Positions 28,898-36,923 of a DNA stretch of 38,373 bases are shown piece by piece. Both the position numbers and the translations under genes were made by a program. Position 1 is the first letter of the stretch; the number at the start of each line of letters is the position of its first letter. Source of the DNA: a plasmid; sequence record NZ_CP066438.1, one strand, 5' to 3'. Below the pieces are notes generated by a model. It ran no database searches, was not told where the DNA came from, and saw only the letters and a list, made by a program, of their open reading frames with translations.

Positions 28898-29007
28898 GTA
28901 CTAATATCCTTTTGTATAATAACAACCAACCTATTTACGAGTTGGTTGTTAAAGGTTATTATTTATTTGTAAGGGGGGGAAGAAAGGAATGGATGAAAAA
29001 ACGGAAT

Positions 29008-29816
29008 GGTTCTGTTGCAAAGTTTTAAATAAAGAATAAAATCCCTTACGGTATCTATGATTTAAGCTGGGATTCCCAATAATACCTTGATTTCAGTACA
29101 GACCGAAAACCCGAAGAGAGTGCCTTCTTTTCGGGTTTTCTTATATAATCCTCGAATGGCTTCCATGCCTTTAATCGTGGTAGAGGCAGTGCGTAAACTT
29201 CGATAGAATTTATTGCGTCTCTTTACTGGACGATGGTCTTGTTCAATCAAATTATTCAGGTATTTAATGGTACGATGTTCTGTCCCTTGATAAAAGCCGT
29301 ATTCTTTTAGTTTCTTAAAGGCACTTGTAATAGAGGGGGCTTTATCTGTGACTACAACCTTCGGTTCATCAAACTGCTTCACTAACCGCTTAAGAAAAGC
29401 ATAGGCTGCTTGTGTGTCCCGTTTTTTACGTAACCAAATATCCAAGGTTAAACCATCTGCACCGATGGCTCGATACAAATAATGCCATTTTCCTTTAATT
29501 TTGATGTACGTTTCATCCATTTTCCATGAATAAAAGGATTTTTTATTTTTCTTTTTCCAAATTTGATAGAGTAGTTTGCCATATTCTTGCACCCAACGAT
29601 AAATCGTCGTATGAGAAACGTTAATGCCACGATCATATAAGATTTCTTGAACTTCACGATAGCTAAGGTTATAACGAAGATAGTAGCCCACGGCTACAAT
29701 AATCACATCCTGCTGAAATTGCTTTCCTTTAAAATGATTCATCGTCATTCCTCCTGCTATCTTTTTCTATTATTCTACCTTATTTGATAGTAGATTTAAA
29801 ACTTTGCAACAGAACC
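29008..29816 (-). mobile_element. IS1216 copy 4 (C455 / Gly95 allele)
   Basis: Same inverted repeats; c29462. Confidence 0.9.
29062..29748 (-). CDS. tnp: IS1216 transposase, Gly95 allele
   Basis: Identical to copy 1. Confidence 0.95.
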   Translation of the reverse strand: MTMNHFKGKQFQQDVIIVAVGYYLRYNLSYREVQEILYDRGINVSHTTIYRWVQEYGKLLYQIWKKKNKKSFYSWKMDETYIKIKGKWHYLYRAIGADGLTLDIWLRKKRDTQAAYAFLKRLVKQFDEPKVVVTDKAPSITSAFKKLKEYGFYQGTEHRTIKYLNNLIEQDHRPVKRRNKFYRSLRTASTTIKGMEAIRGLYKKTRKEGTLFGFSVCTEIKVLLGIPA

Positions 29817-29817
29817 C

Positions 29818-30384
29818 GAAGAACAATTGTATTTGGAAAGTGAAACGAGTCAAACGAAGGTCACAGTCAGCCATAATCGTTTAGACGTGTATAAACGTCG
29901 TCCTGAAACGGTAAAAAAAGGAACGGAGCTTCTACGACTAGAAACAGAAAAATACATCATGAATGTTTACCTAGAAAGGAGTGAGCTGGTCGAAAACTTT
30001 GTCAGCTACACGATTTGCAGGAAACACTATTACTCAGAATCAGAATATTATTCAATTTTTGAGAGCATGGAATTAATGGAAGAAGAAATGGAAGAGCTAA
30101 ACAGCAAAGATGCGACGATAGACGATTATTACCTTGTATTTACTAGATTTTTGACGTGTGGAACGGAATCTATCGTGTTAATGGGAATGGATTATGAACT
30201 CGCTGTACCCGAAGCATTTTTGAGGGAATATGTAGAAGAAGTAGATAACCCAGGCGACGACTGGTACACGACTTTAACTGATTTTTTAGACACCTATACT
30301 TACGACGATACAGAAGAAATCCAAAATGAACTTGACCGTAAACGAATGCCATATCAACGATTTGAAAGGAAAAAAAGGCAATAA
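29818..30384 (+). CDS. 5'-truncated acidic protein of unknown function (C-terminal 188 aa; open to the IS1216 boundary)
   Basis: Frame open from the first base after IS1216 copy 4 (EEQLYLESETSQTKV...); strongly acidic (DDYYLVF, DDWYTTLTDFLDTYTYDDTEE); first internal ATG at 29959 (MNVYLERSEL...). Confidence 0.4.
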   Translation, partial: EEQLYLESETSQTKVTVSHNRLDVYKRRPETVKKGTELLRLETEKYIMNVYLERSELVENFVSYTICRKHYYSESEYYSIFESMELMEEEMEELNSKDATIDDYYLVFTRFLTCGTESIVLMGMDYELAVPEAFLREYVEEVDNPGDDWYTTLTDFLDTYTYDDTEEIQNELDRKRMPYQRFERKKRQ

Positions 30385-30409
30385 TCATTTATACCGAAAA
30401 GTGAGAATG

Positions 30410-30507
30410 TGTGAAATAAGGACAAAAAACCTAGTAACTAAGGGAATGGTTCTTATTTCGCACCAATCGCTCCAACCGCCCCCGCCGCTTAGGTGGTGCG
30501 AAATAAG
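30410..30507 (+). promoter_or_regulatory. repeat-rich leader: 12-mer GTG(T/C)GAAATAAG twice direct (30410-30420, 30497-30507) and once inverted (30452-30463), forming a 13-bp perfect-stem hairpin (30452-30507) with a 30-nt GC-rich loop
   Basis: cttatttcgcacc ... ggtgcgaaataag perfect inverted repeat around ccaaccgcccccgccgcttag; located 40 bp upstream of the small membrane-protein gene. Confidence 0.4.
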
Positions 30508-30548
30508 CGGGCAACACCCGATAACCTAAGAGAAAGAAGGAGATCCAT

Positions 30549-30749
30549 ATGAATAAAATCATTCCTCTATTGTTAGTCCTATTTGTTGGCGAAATACTTA
30601 TGCGCCATGCTGCAGCTGTGCATTTAAACTTCGTAGTATTTTTGGCAATACTGGTATTTTGTTTGATCTTTTGGCGCTTTGTATTAGCCCTTGTGAGTCT
30701 ACTATTCAAGATGATTGCAGCCATATTTTTCATAGGGTTATTTCGATGA
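30549..30749 (+). CDS. 66-aa hydrophobic small membrane protein (two predicted TM helices)
   Basis: RBS aaggag 7 nt upstream; MNKIIPLLLVLFVGEILMRHAAAVHLNFVVFLAILVFCLIFWRFVLALVSLLFKMIAAIFFIGLFR. Confidence 0.45.
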   Translation: MNKIIPLLLVLFVGEILMRHAAAVHLNFVVFLAILVFCLIFWRFVLALVSLLFKMIAAIFFIGLFR

Positions 30750-30764
30750 AAGGAGAGAGTACTA

Positions 30765-30944
30765 ATGCCAATTGCAATAGGAAATAAACGGTTACCCGTT
30801 ACGTTGGATGAAAAGAGACAAAAAGAATTGCAGCAACTAAAGCAGAAGTACGGCAAAAGTGAATCCAGGATTATGTGTATTGCGTTAGATTTATTGATTG
30901 CCCAAGAAAAAGCAGGATTTGAGGTACCAGCACTCAAAAAGTGA
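30765..30944 (+). CDS. 59-aa ribbon-helix-helix (CopG/Arc-like) DNA-binding protein
   Basis: RBS aaaggagag; MPIAIGNKRLPVTLDEKRQKELQQLKQKYGKSESRIMCIALDLLIAQEKAGFEVPALKK; followed by a perfect 20-bp palindrome aaaaagtgacgtcacttttt (30936-30955). Not in the ORF track (below its size cutoff). Confidence 0.5.
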   Translation: MPIAIGNKRLPVTLDEKRQKELQQLKQKYGKSESRIMCIALDLLIAQEKAGFEVPALKK

Positions 30945-31074
30945 CGTCACTTTTTATCCTAAAAACTAAAAGTGATAGCACTTTTAATTATAAGAAGTTA
31001 GAATATTAATCATTTGCTTAATTGTACAATATAATGTACAATTGTTTTATAGAAATAAATAAGGGGTGAAAGGA

Positions 31075-31344
31075 ATGGAAGCAGTAGCTTATTCAAATTT
31101 CCGCCAAAATTTACGTAGTTATATGAAACAAGTTAATGAGGATGCTGAAACACTTATTGTAACAAGTAAAGATGTAGAAGATACAGTTGTTGTATTATCA
31201 AAAAGAGATTATGATTCTATGCAAGAAACGTTGAGAACACTTTCTAATAATTACGTCATGGAAAAAATTCGTCGAGGAGATGAACAATTCTCCAAAGGTG
31301 CATTTAAAACACATGACTTAATCGAGGTTGAATCTGATGATTAA
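31075..31344 (+). CDS. axe: Axe antitoxin (Phd/YefM family) of the pRUM axe-txe module
   Basis: MEAVAYSNFRQNLRSYMKQVNEDAETLIVTSKDVEDTVVVLSKRDYDSMQETLRTL...; 89 aa; palindromic operator (attgtacaat...tgtacaatt) upstream at 31017-31045. Confidence 0.9.
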   Translation: MEAVAYSNFRQNLRSYMKQVNEDAETLIVTSKDVEDTVVVLSKRDYDSMQETLRTLSNNYVMEKIRRGDEQFSKGAFKTHDLIEVESDD

Positions 31345-31594
31345 GGCTTGGTCTGATGATGCTTGGGATGATTATCTTTATTGGCATGAGCAAGGAAACA
31401 AAAGCAATATAAAAAAGATTAACAAGTTAATAAAAGATATCGATCGTTCCCCCTTTGCTGGATTAGGAAAACCTGAGCCATTAAAGCATGATTTATCTGG
31501 AAAATGGTCCAGAAGAATTACAGATGAACATAGACTGATATATAGAGTTGAAAATGAAACGATATTTATTTATTCTGCAAAAGATCACTATTAA
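31337..31594 (+). CDS. txe: Txe toxin (YoeB/RelE family endoribonuclease)
   Basis: MIKAWSDDAWDDYLYWHEQGNKSNIKKINKLIKDIDRSPFAGLGKPEPLKHDLSGKWSRRITDEHRLIYRVENETIFIYSAKDHY; 85 aa; overlaps axe by 8 bp. Confidence 0.9.
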   Translation: MIKAWSDDAWDDYLYWHEQGNKSNIKKINKLIKDIDRSPFAGLGKPEPLKHDLSGKWSRRITDEHRLIYRVENETIFIYSAKDHY

Positions 31595-32052
31595 CCAATC
31601 GGAAGTAAGGAAAGGGTCAGAAACTTAAAAGTTTTTGATCCTTATTTTATTTACCCTAGTCATTTAAAAAGCTAATATAGCTTAGTGTTGATTGTTATTA
31701 ATGAATGTGTTTGTTACGCGTATTACGGATATAAGGTTAGTAAAATCATTTCTAAAGTTGAGGAAAAGTAAATATAAATGGCTTAAATTTCAACAATTTG
31801 AAGTTGAATAGATATGTTATAATACTATTGTAGTGTGGGATGTTAGTTACTAAAGGATGACGCTTATATATATGACTGAATAGAATAAGCAATAGGTTTA
31901 ATAATCTATTTTAAATTTTTTGTACTAGTTTTAGTTAATTAGCAAAAACAACAAAAATAAACTTCTCATAGAATTTAGCTAAAAATTAATGATTTATTTA
32001 CATATTAAATTTGGATACAGTTAAGTAATTTTTATATATTGGAGGAGAAGTA

Positions 32053-33057
32053 ATGGAATATAAATTTAACTTGAATTTGAAAGAAGTACTCCCCACTCAG
32101 GGAACAATAAACATAAATGGTCAAGATAATGATGACGATATAGTAATAAAAAAAATAGAATTTATTGATTCTGATATAAATGTTTTTTTTTATTCTAAAG
32201 AAAAATTAGCTGATTTTAGCAATATTGCTGAAATGATTGAACGTTTAAAAGATTTTATGATCAGTGTTTGGGATGTAGCGATGCTTGCTGACGAATCAAA
32301 TTATACTTCGAGCATATACAGATTAGAAGATAGTAATTGGATAGAAATTTCATTAGAGTTAAAGACACTTCCTAATTCCGTTAACTATATAATTAGAGAT
32401 ATAACTTCTGAAGCTCAACAATTAGTTAATTACATGCATGGACACGAAAGTATCCCCTTTTCTCTTATACTCCTTAAAAGAAGTAAAAATATATCAAATA
32501 CTAGAGATAGGTTTATTTCGATAATTACAGCCTGTGAAATAGGGGTAAAGGAATTTTATCAACAAGAGAAACCTGATTTAACTCTAATATTTGAGAATTT
32601 ACAATCTCCCCCTGTAGACAAATTATTAGGGAGCATGTTTAAAGGGTACTTTAATATTGAGTTTCCGAAAGAAATAAGAAAGGAAATTAAAAATTTCATA
32701 GAAAAACGTAATAAATTGGTTCATTCTCCTCAAGGAAGTAAACCAACTATAGAAGAATGTTTTGAATGTTATATGGCAGTGCTAAAAACATTTAATTTTT
32801 TTTATAAAATTAATGATAGCTTTATGTATAGAGATTTTTATGAAGAATCTATAGAATTGACTCCAACGGAACCAAATAAATCTCAAATCACTTTGTCAAA
32901 GGAGCTAGAGAGAAAAGTAGAGTCTCAAGAACTAGCTATAGGAATTAGTATAACCAATGTGTCGACATACAAAGAATTATACGAAGCTAAATCACAAGAT
33001 AATAAGGATTTTGTAGAAAATATAGATAAGGAACCAACAAATACAGTAGGGGATTAA
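32053..33057 (+). CDS. 334-aa hypothetical protein with a canonical HEPN Rx4-6H motif (R219-N-K-L-V-H224); candidate abortive-infection/RNase-type defence gene
   Basis: Lowest-GC gene in the window; ...NFIEKRNKLVHSPQGSKPTIEECFECYMAVLKTF... (RNxxxH at 32707-32724); preceded by a ~450-bp ORF-free AT-rich leader with an extended -10 promoter (tgttataat, ~31817-31826). Confidence 0.45.
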   Translation: MEYKFNLNLKEVLPTQGTININGQDNDDDIVIKKIEFIDSDINVFFYSKEKLADFSNIAEMIERLKDFMISVWDVAMLADESNYTSSIYRLEDSNWIEISLELKTLPNSVNYIIRDITSEAQQLVNYMHGHESIPFSLILLKRSKNISNTRDRFISIITACEIGVKEFYQQEKPDLTLIFENLQSPPVDKLLGSMFKGYFNIEFPKEIRKEIKNFIEKRNKLVHSPQGSKPTIEECFECYMAVLKTFNFFYKINDSFMYRDFYEESIELTPTEPNKSQITLSKELERKVESQELAIGISITNVSTYKELYEAKSQDNKDFVENIDKEPTNTVGD

Positions 33058-33221
33058 CGTAAATAAGTGAAGATTATATTAACAGACTCTTTATTTAGTT
33101 AAGTAAAAAATGGTTTGTTGGAATTTTATGCTTTATCTGTTCTGAGTAAGACTTAATTTTATAGATAGTAATTATATGTAGGAAATTAAAGATGAGAAGA
33201 TAATAAAAGCAGCATGATCAA

Positions 33222-33836
33222 CTATTTGTCATTGACCATGCTGTCTTTTTTTATTCTATACACGGTTTGTCTCGTAACATTGTAGTCTTTAGCAATCTTA
33301 GCAATCGCAACACCATTTTTAAGATCTTCAACGATGCTTTTGTAAACAAGGCGACGTTGGGGATCTTTTGCGTCTGCACTGTATAATTTGGGCCGCCCTT
33401 TGTAGACGCCGTTTGCTTTTGCGATCTTAATTCCTTGTGCCTGGCGACGTTTCGATTCAGTCCGTTCTTGTTCAGCGATCATGGCCAAAATTTGGATGAT
33501 CAGATCCTTAATGAATTTATCCAGGAGAGGATTGCCAATTGCTTCAGCCATGATCGGTAAACTAGTAATGATCAGCTTCACATTTTTCTTCTTCAAGTAA
33601 TTGACTGAAGCGATGATCTCGTCATAATTTCTTCCAAGTCGATCAATAGCTTCCACAATAAAAATATCTTGATCTCGGACGTAATCTAATGCTTCTTGGA
33701 AAACAGGTCGATGAGTAATCGTTGCGCCAGATTGTTTCTCGATGAAAATTCTCTCTGCACCGAATTTTTTCATTTCTTCAATCTGGCGTTGTTCATTTTG
33801 ATCGATCGATGAGACACGTATGTATGCAACTCTCAA
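33222..33836 (-). CDS. serine recombinase/resolvase, 204 aa
   Basis: N-terminal [13 protein letters not shown] catalytic motif; C-terminal HTH ([11 protein letters not shown]). Confidence 0.85.
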   Translation of the reverse strand: MRVAYIRVSSIDQNEQRQIEEMKKFGAERIFIEKQSGATITHRPVFQEALDYVRDQDIFIVEAIDRLGRNYDEIIASVNYLKKKNVKLIITSLPIMAEAIGNPLLDKFIKDLIIQILAMIAEQERTESKRRQAQGIKIAKANGVYKGRPKLYSADAKDPQRRLVYKSIVEDLKNGVAIAKIAKDYNVTRQTVYRIKKDSMVNDK

Positions 33837-34243
33837 AACTTTTACCTACTTTCTGCAACTATTTAAAATACACCCTAATCATACACGAGGAAGCCATATT
33901 TTTCAATGTTATACCAGTGTCTATTTAGGGTAAACCTTATATAGACAAAAACTAATGATGGAGGAAATAGTATGAGAATTTTTTGTAAGTGTCTACTGAT
34001 AACTTATTCTCAAATGTTGTAAGGATTTTATTCATTTGTTAATATTAAAGAACGGAACTCCAAAAAAGTCCGTACTCTAATTTGCAGTCTCTCACTCTTT
34101 TAGAGTGAGAGTTTTTATTAGATTTTCAAATTAATTAGTAAAGTGATAGAATAAATTGATCATACAAATCAAAAGAAGAAGCAGGGTGATAGCATACCTA
34201 TGCTTCTTTTTTTATGTATTTAGCTATTTCTTCTTTACAATAT

Positions 34244-34263
34244 CGAACATATGTTTGTATAAT
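34244..34263 (+). promoter_or_regulatory. Cheo-type SOS (LexA) box CGAACATATGTTTG overlapping the -10 (tataat) of the Y-family polymerase operon
   Basis: Matches Gram-positive consensus CGAACRNRYGTTYG at 13/14 positions; tataat at 34258-34263. Confidence 0.5.
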
Positions 34264-34285
34264 GTGAAAGAATGGAGTGTTATTT

Positions 34286-35611
34286 ATGATGGATTATTCA
34301 AAAGAGCCAGTAAATGATTACTTTTTAATCGATATGAAAAGCTTTTACGCAAGTGTCGAATGTATAGAAAGAAATTTAGATCCATTAACAACAGAACTTG
34401 TTGTTATGAGTCGAGCTGATAATACTGGTTCAGGATTGATATTAGCTTCTTCTCCTGAAGCAAAAAAGCGGTATGGTATTACAAATGTGAGTAGACCACG
34501 TGACTTACCACAACCATTTCCTAAAACACTACACGTTGTTCCACCACGTATGAACCTATATATCAAGCGAAATATGCAGGTAAATAATATTTTCAGAAGA
34601 TATGTGGCTGATGAAGATCTACTGATTTACTCGATCGATGAATCAATCTTAAAAGTGACCCGATCACTGAATCTTTTTACGACTGAAGGAACACGAAGTC
34701 AACGGAGAAAGAAGCTGGCTCAAATGATCCAGGAGAATATTAAAGAAGAGCTAGGATTGATTGCTACAGTAGGTGTCGGAGATAATCCCCTTTTGGCTAA
34801 ACTAGCCTTAGACAACGAAGCAAAGCATAATGAAGGATTTGTTGCGGAATGGACGTACGAAAACGTTCCTGAAAAAGTATGGAATATTCCTGAAATGACG
34901 GACTTTTGGGGAATTGGCTCTCGAATGAAAAAAAGACTCAATCAGATGGGGATTATGAGCATTAGAGATCTTGCTAACTGGAATCCTTATACGATTAAGA
35001 ATAGACTAGGTGTGATTGGCTTACAGCTGTACTTCCATGCTAATGGGATCGATCGAACAGATATAGCAATCCCACCAGAACCGACAAAGGAAAAATCATA
35101 TGGAAATTCACAAGTGTTACCACGAGATTATACTAGAAGAAATGAAATCGAGCTGGTGGTAAAAGAAATGGCGGAACAAGTAGCGATACGCATTAGGCAG
35201 CATAACTGTAAAACAGGTTGTGTCCATTTACACATTGGCACGTCGATCTTAGAAACGAGACCAGGGTTTTCACACCAGATGAAGATCCCTATCACAGATA
35301 ATACAAAGGAATTGCAGAATTATTGTCTTTTCTTGTTTGATAAGTATTATGAAGGACAAGAAGTAAGGCATGTTGGAATAACCTATAGCAAGCTTGTGTA
35401 CACCGATTCGCTTCAGCTGGATTTATTTAGTGATCCACAAAAGCAAATTGACGAAGAAAATTTAGATAAAATTATTGACAAGATTCGGCAAAAATATGGT
35501 TTTACGTCGATTGTACATGCTTCTTCAATGTTAGAAGGCGCTAGAAGCATTACTAGAAGCACACTTGTTGGTGGTCATGCGGGCGGAAATGGGGGAATTA
35601 AAAATGATTGA
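34286..35611 (+). CDS. Y-family (UmuC/ImpB/UvrX-like) translesion DNA polymerase
   Basis: N-terminal FLIDMKSFYASVE motif characteristic of UmuC/DinB; 441 aa from ATG 34286. Confidence 0.85.
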   Translation: MMDYSKEPVNDYFLIDMKSFYASVECIERNLDPLTTELVVMSRADNTGSGLILASSPEAKKRYGITNVSRPRDLPQPFPKTLHVVPPRMNLYIKRNMQVNNIFRRYVADEDLLIYSIDESILKVTRSLNLFTTEGTRSQRRKKLAQMIQENIKEELGLIATVGVGDNPLLAKLALDNEAKHNEGFVAEWTYENVPEKVWNIPEMTDFWGIGSRMKKRLNQMGIMSIRDLANWNPYTIKNRLGVIGLQLYFHANGIDRTDIAIPPEPTKEKSYGNSQVLPRDYTRRNEIELVVKEMAEQVAIRIRQHNCKTGCVHLHIGTSILETRPGFSHQMKIPITDNTKELQNYCLFLFDKYYEGQEVRHVGITYSKLVYTDSLQLDLFSDPQKQIDEENLDKIIDKIRQKYGFTSIVHASSMLEGARSITRSTLVGGHAGGNGGIKND

Positions 35612-35954
35612 TTACAATGATCGTGGACGTTTAAAGTGGGCAGGGTTTTATTTATCTGATCATACTGAAGAAATTGATGCCGACAATGAACAACGAACCA
35701 GTCAAAATTTAGCAAAAGAACAAATGACGACTGAAGAGATTGCGGAAGTATTGAACGCTGCAGTCATAAAAAATAGATCAGTATCTATTCAAAAAGAAGA
35801 ACGAAACGCTGAAGGATACTATCCAGAAGATATCATTGGCAAGATCTTAGGTAGTGATGAGCTGGGGATCTACGTTGGAAAAGACAAAATTCACTACGAC
35901 GAAATACGTCATATCGAATTTTACCAGGATAATAAATGGAGTCGATTAGAATGA
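35604..35954 (+). CDS. YolD-like protein (UmuD-functional analogue partnered with Y-family polymerases)
   Basis: Start overlaps the polymerase stop (RBS ggggga); 116 aa; MIDYNDRGRLKWAGFYLSDHTEE... Confidence 0.55.
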   Translation: MIDYNDRGRLKWAGFYLSDHTEEIDADNEQRTSQNLAKEQMTTEEIAEVLNAAVIKNRSVSIQKEERNAEGYYPEDIIGKILGSDELGIYVGKDKIHYDEIRHIEFYQDNKWSRLE

Positions 35955-36265
35955 ACATTATCCAGCAATATGAGCTAAAGTATATAACCTTTGATCAGCT
36001 ATCAGAAGAGATTTGGGGTTATGGCCAACGTTTGATAAATGAGGTTGGTGTTGAGCGCTTCTCTTTCTATGTAGAAGCTGCAGCAGGTTATCATAATTTT
36101 AGGTTTTATATCTTCCCGTTATATATATAAGGTATTTTACGGATTCTATAGAGTTATCTCTATGAATCCTTTTTTGTTTTTACAAATAGGAGTAGATACT
36201 AGAATAATGCGTGTGTTAAACTATTATTGCAAACGCAATAATAAAAGAAAGTAGGCTTACGCACC

Positions 36266-36556
36266 ATGTCTATCAATACATTTGTTTACTCGCACCCGAT
36301 CAATGTTTACATTATCAAGAATTTAGGAATCACTGTAGAACAATTTTGTGAGTTATATGCCTACCCACAAGGAACGGTTGCAAGCTGGATAACCCGACAA
36401 CGTAGAATAAAATCATTACCTGCTTCATTCGTTTATGATTTAAGCCTGGCCTCTAGTTTAAACATGTCTGATGTTTATGAAAAGCTCCTGTCTTTAGAAA
36501 AAGAATATGATTCCTTCAAGATTAAACATGATAAAAAAATAAAAAAACATATATAA
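36266..36556 (+). CDS. 96-aa protein with a putative HTH (LYAYPQGTVASWITRQRR)
   Basis: Candidate small DNA-binding regulator; followed by palindrome/terminator 36575-36612 plus T-run. Confidence 0.4.
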   Translation: MSINTFVYSHPINVYIIKNLGITVEQFCELYAYPQGTVASWITRQRRIKSLPASFVYDLSLASSLNMSDVYEKLLSLEKEYDSFKIKHDKKIKKHI

Positions 36557-36574
36557 TATCAATCACAATTGTAT

Positions 36575-36612
36575 AATATTACGATATCTTAATATCATGA
36601 TATCGTAATATT
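36575..36612. repeat. perfect 14-bp-arm palindrome aatattacgatatc-N10-gatatcgtaatatt followed by a T-run (terminator and/or par-site)
   Basis: Shares the ATATCGTGATAT / ACGATATC motif family with the repeats at 38031-38170. Confidence 0.5.
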
Positions 36613-36923
36613 GTTTTTTTCTAAGAAAATGCACTATAAGAAGGGAATTATTAGTAACAATATAGACAGTTTAGTAATGTTTAAATTATTCTAGTTGCTG
36701 CTCGCAAAACATATTTCTTATCATTAATAAAAAATTTTAAAGTAATAAAAAGTGATTATTTTAATTTCGAATAACATATGAATAATCTTTATATCCGAAC
36801 CGATATATATCTTTAAAACAAAATAATCACACAATATTACAATATAATGCATATACGATATTGCAATATCACAATATTATGATATAATTATATTATAATA
36901 TAAGATGAATGGGGGATATTTTA

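Noticed and set aside
28810-28909. Regular 22-bp repeats considered as a possible CRISPR array
   Set aside because: Repeats are directly contiguous with no spacers, and no cas genes are nearby; architecture is that of plasmid iterons.
27793-29824. Possible 8-bp target duplication flanking the IS1216 copy 3 to copy 4 composite (agaagaag vs cgaagaac)
   Set aside because: Only 6 of 8 bases match, which is not convincing. The resemblance probably reflects the GAA-rich coding sequence (FEEEE / EEQ) on both sides rather than a duplication.
30431-30937. 168-aa minus-strand ORF
   Set aside because: It lies antisense to the small membrane-protein and RHH genes and to the repeat leader, has Ser/Asn/Cys-rich low-complexity composition and no RBS; most likely a shadow ORF.
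34345-34941. Two 73-aa minus-strand ORFs inside the Y-family polymerase gene
   Set aside because: Antisense shadow ORFs.
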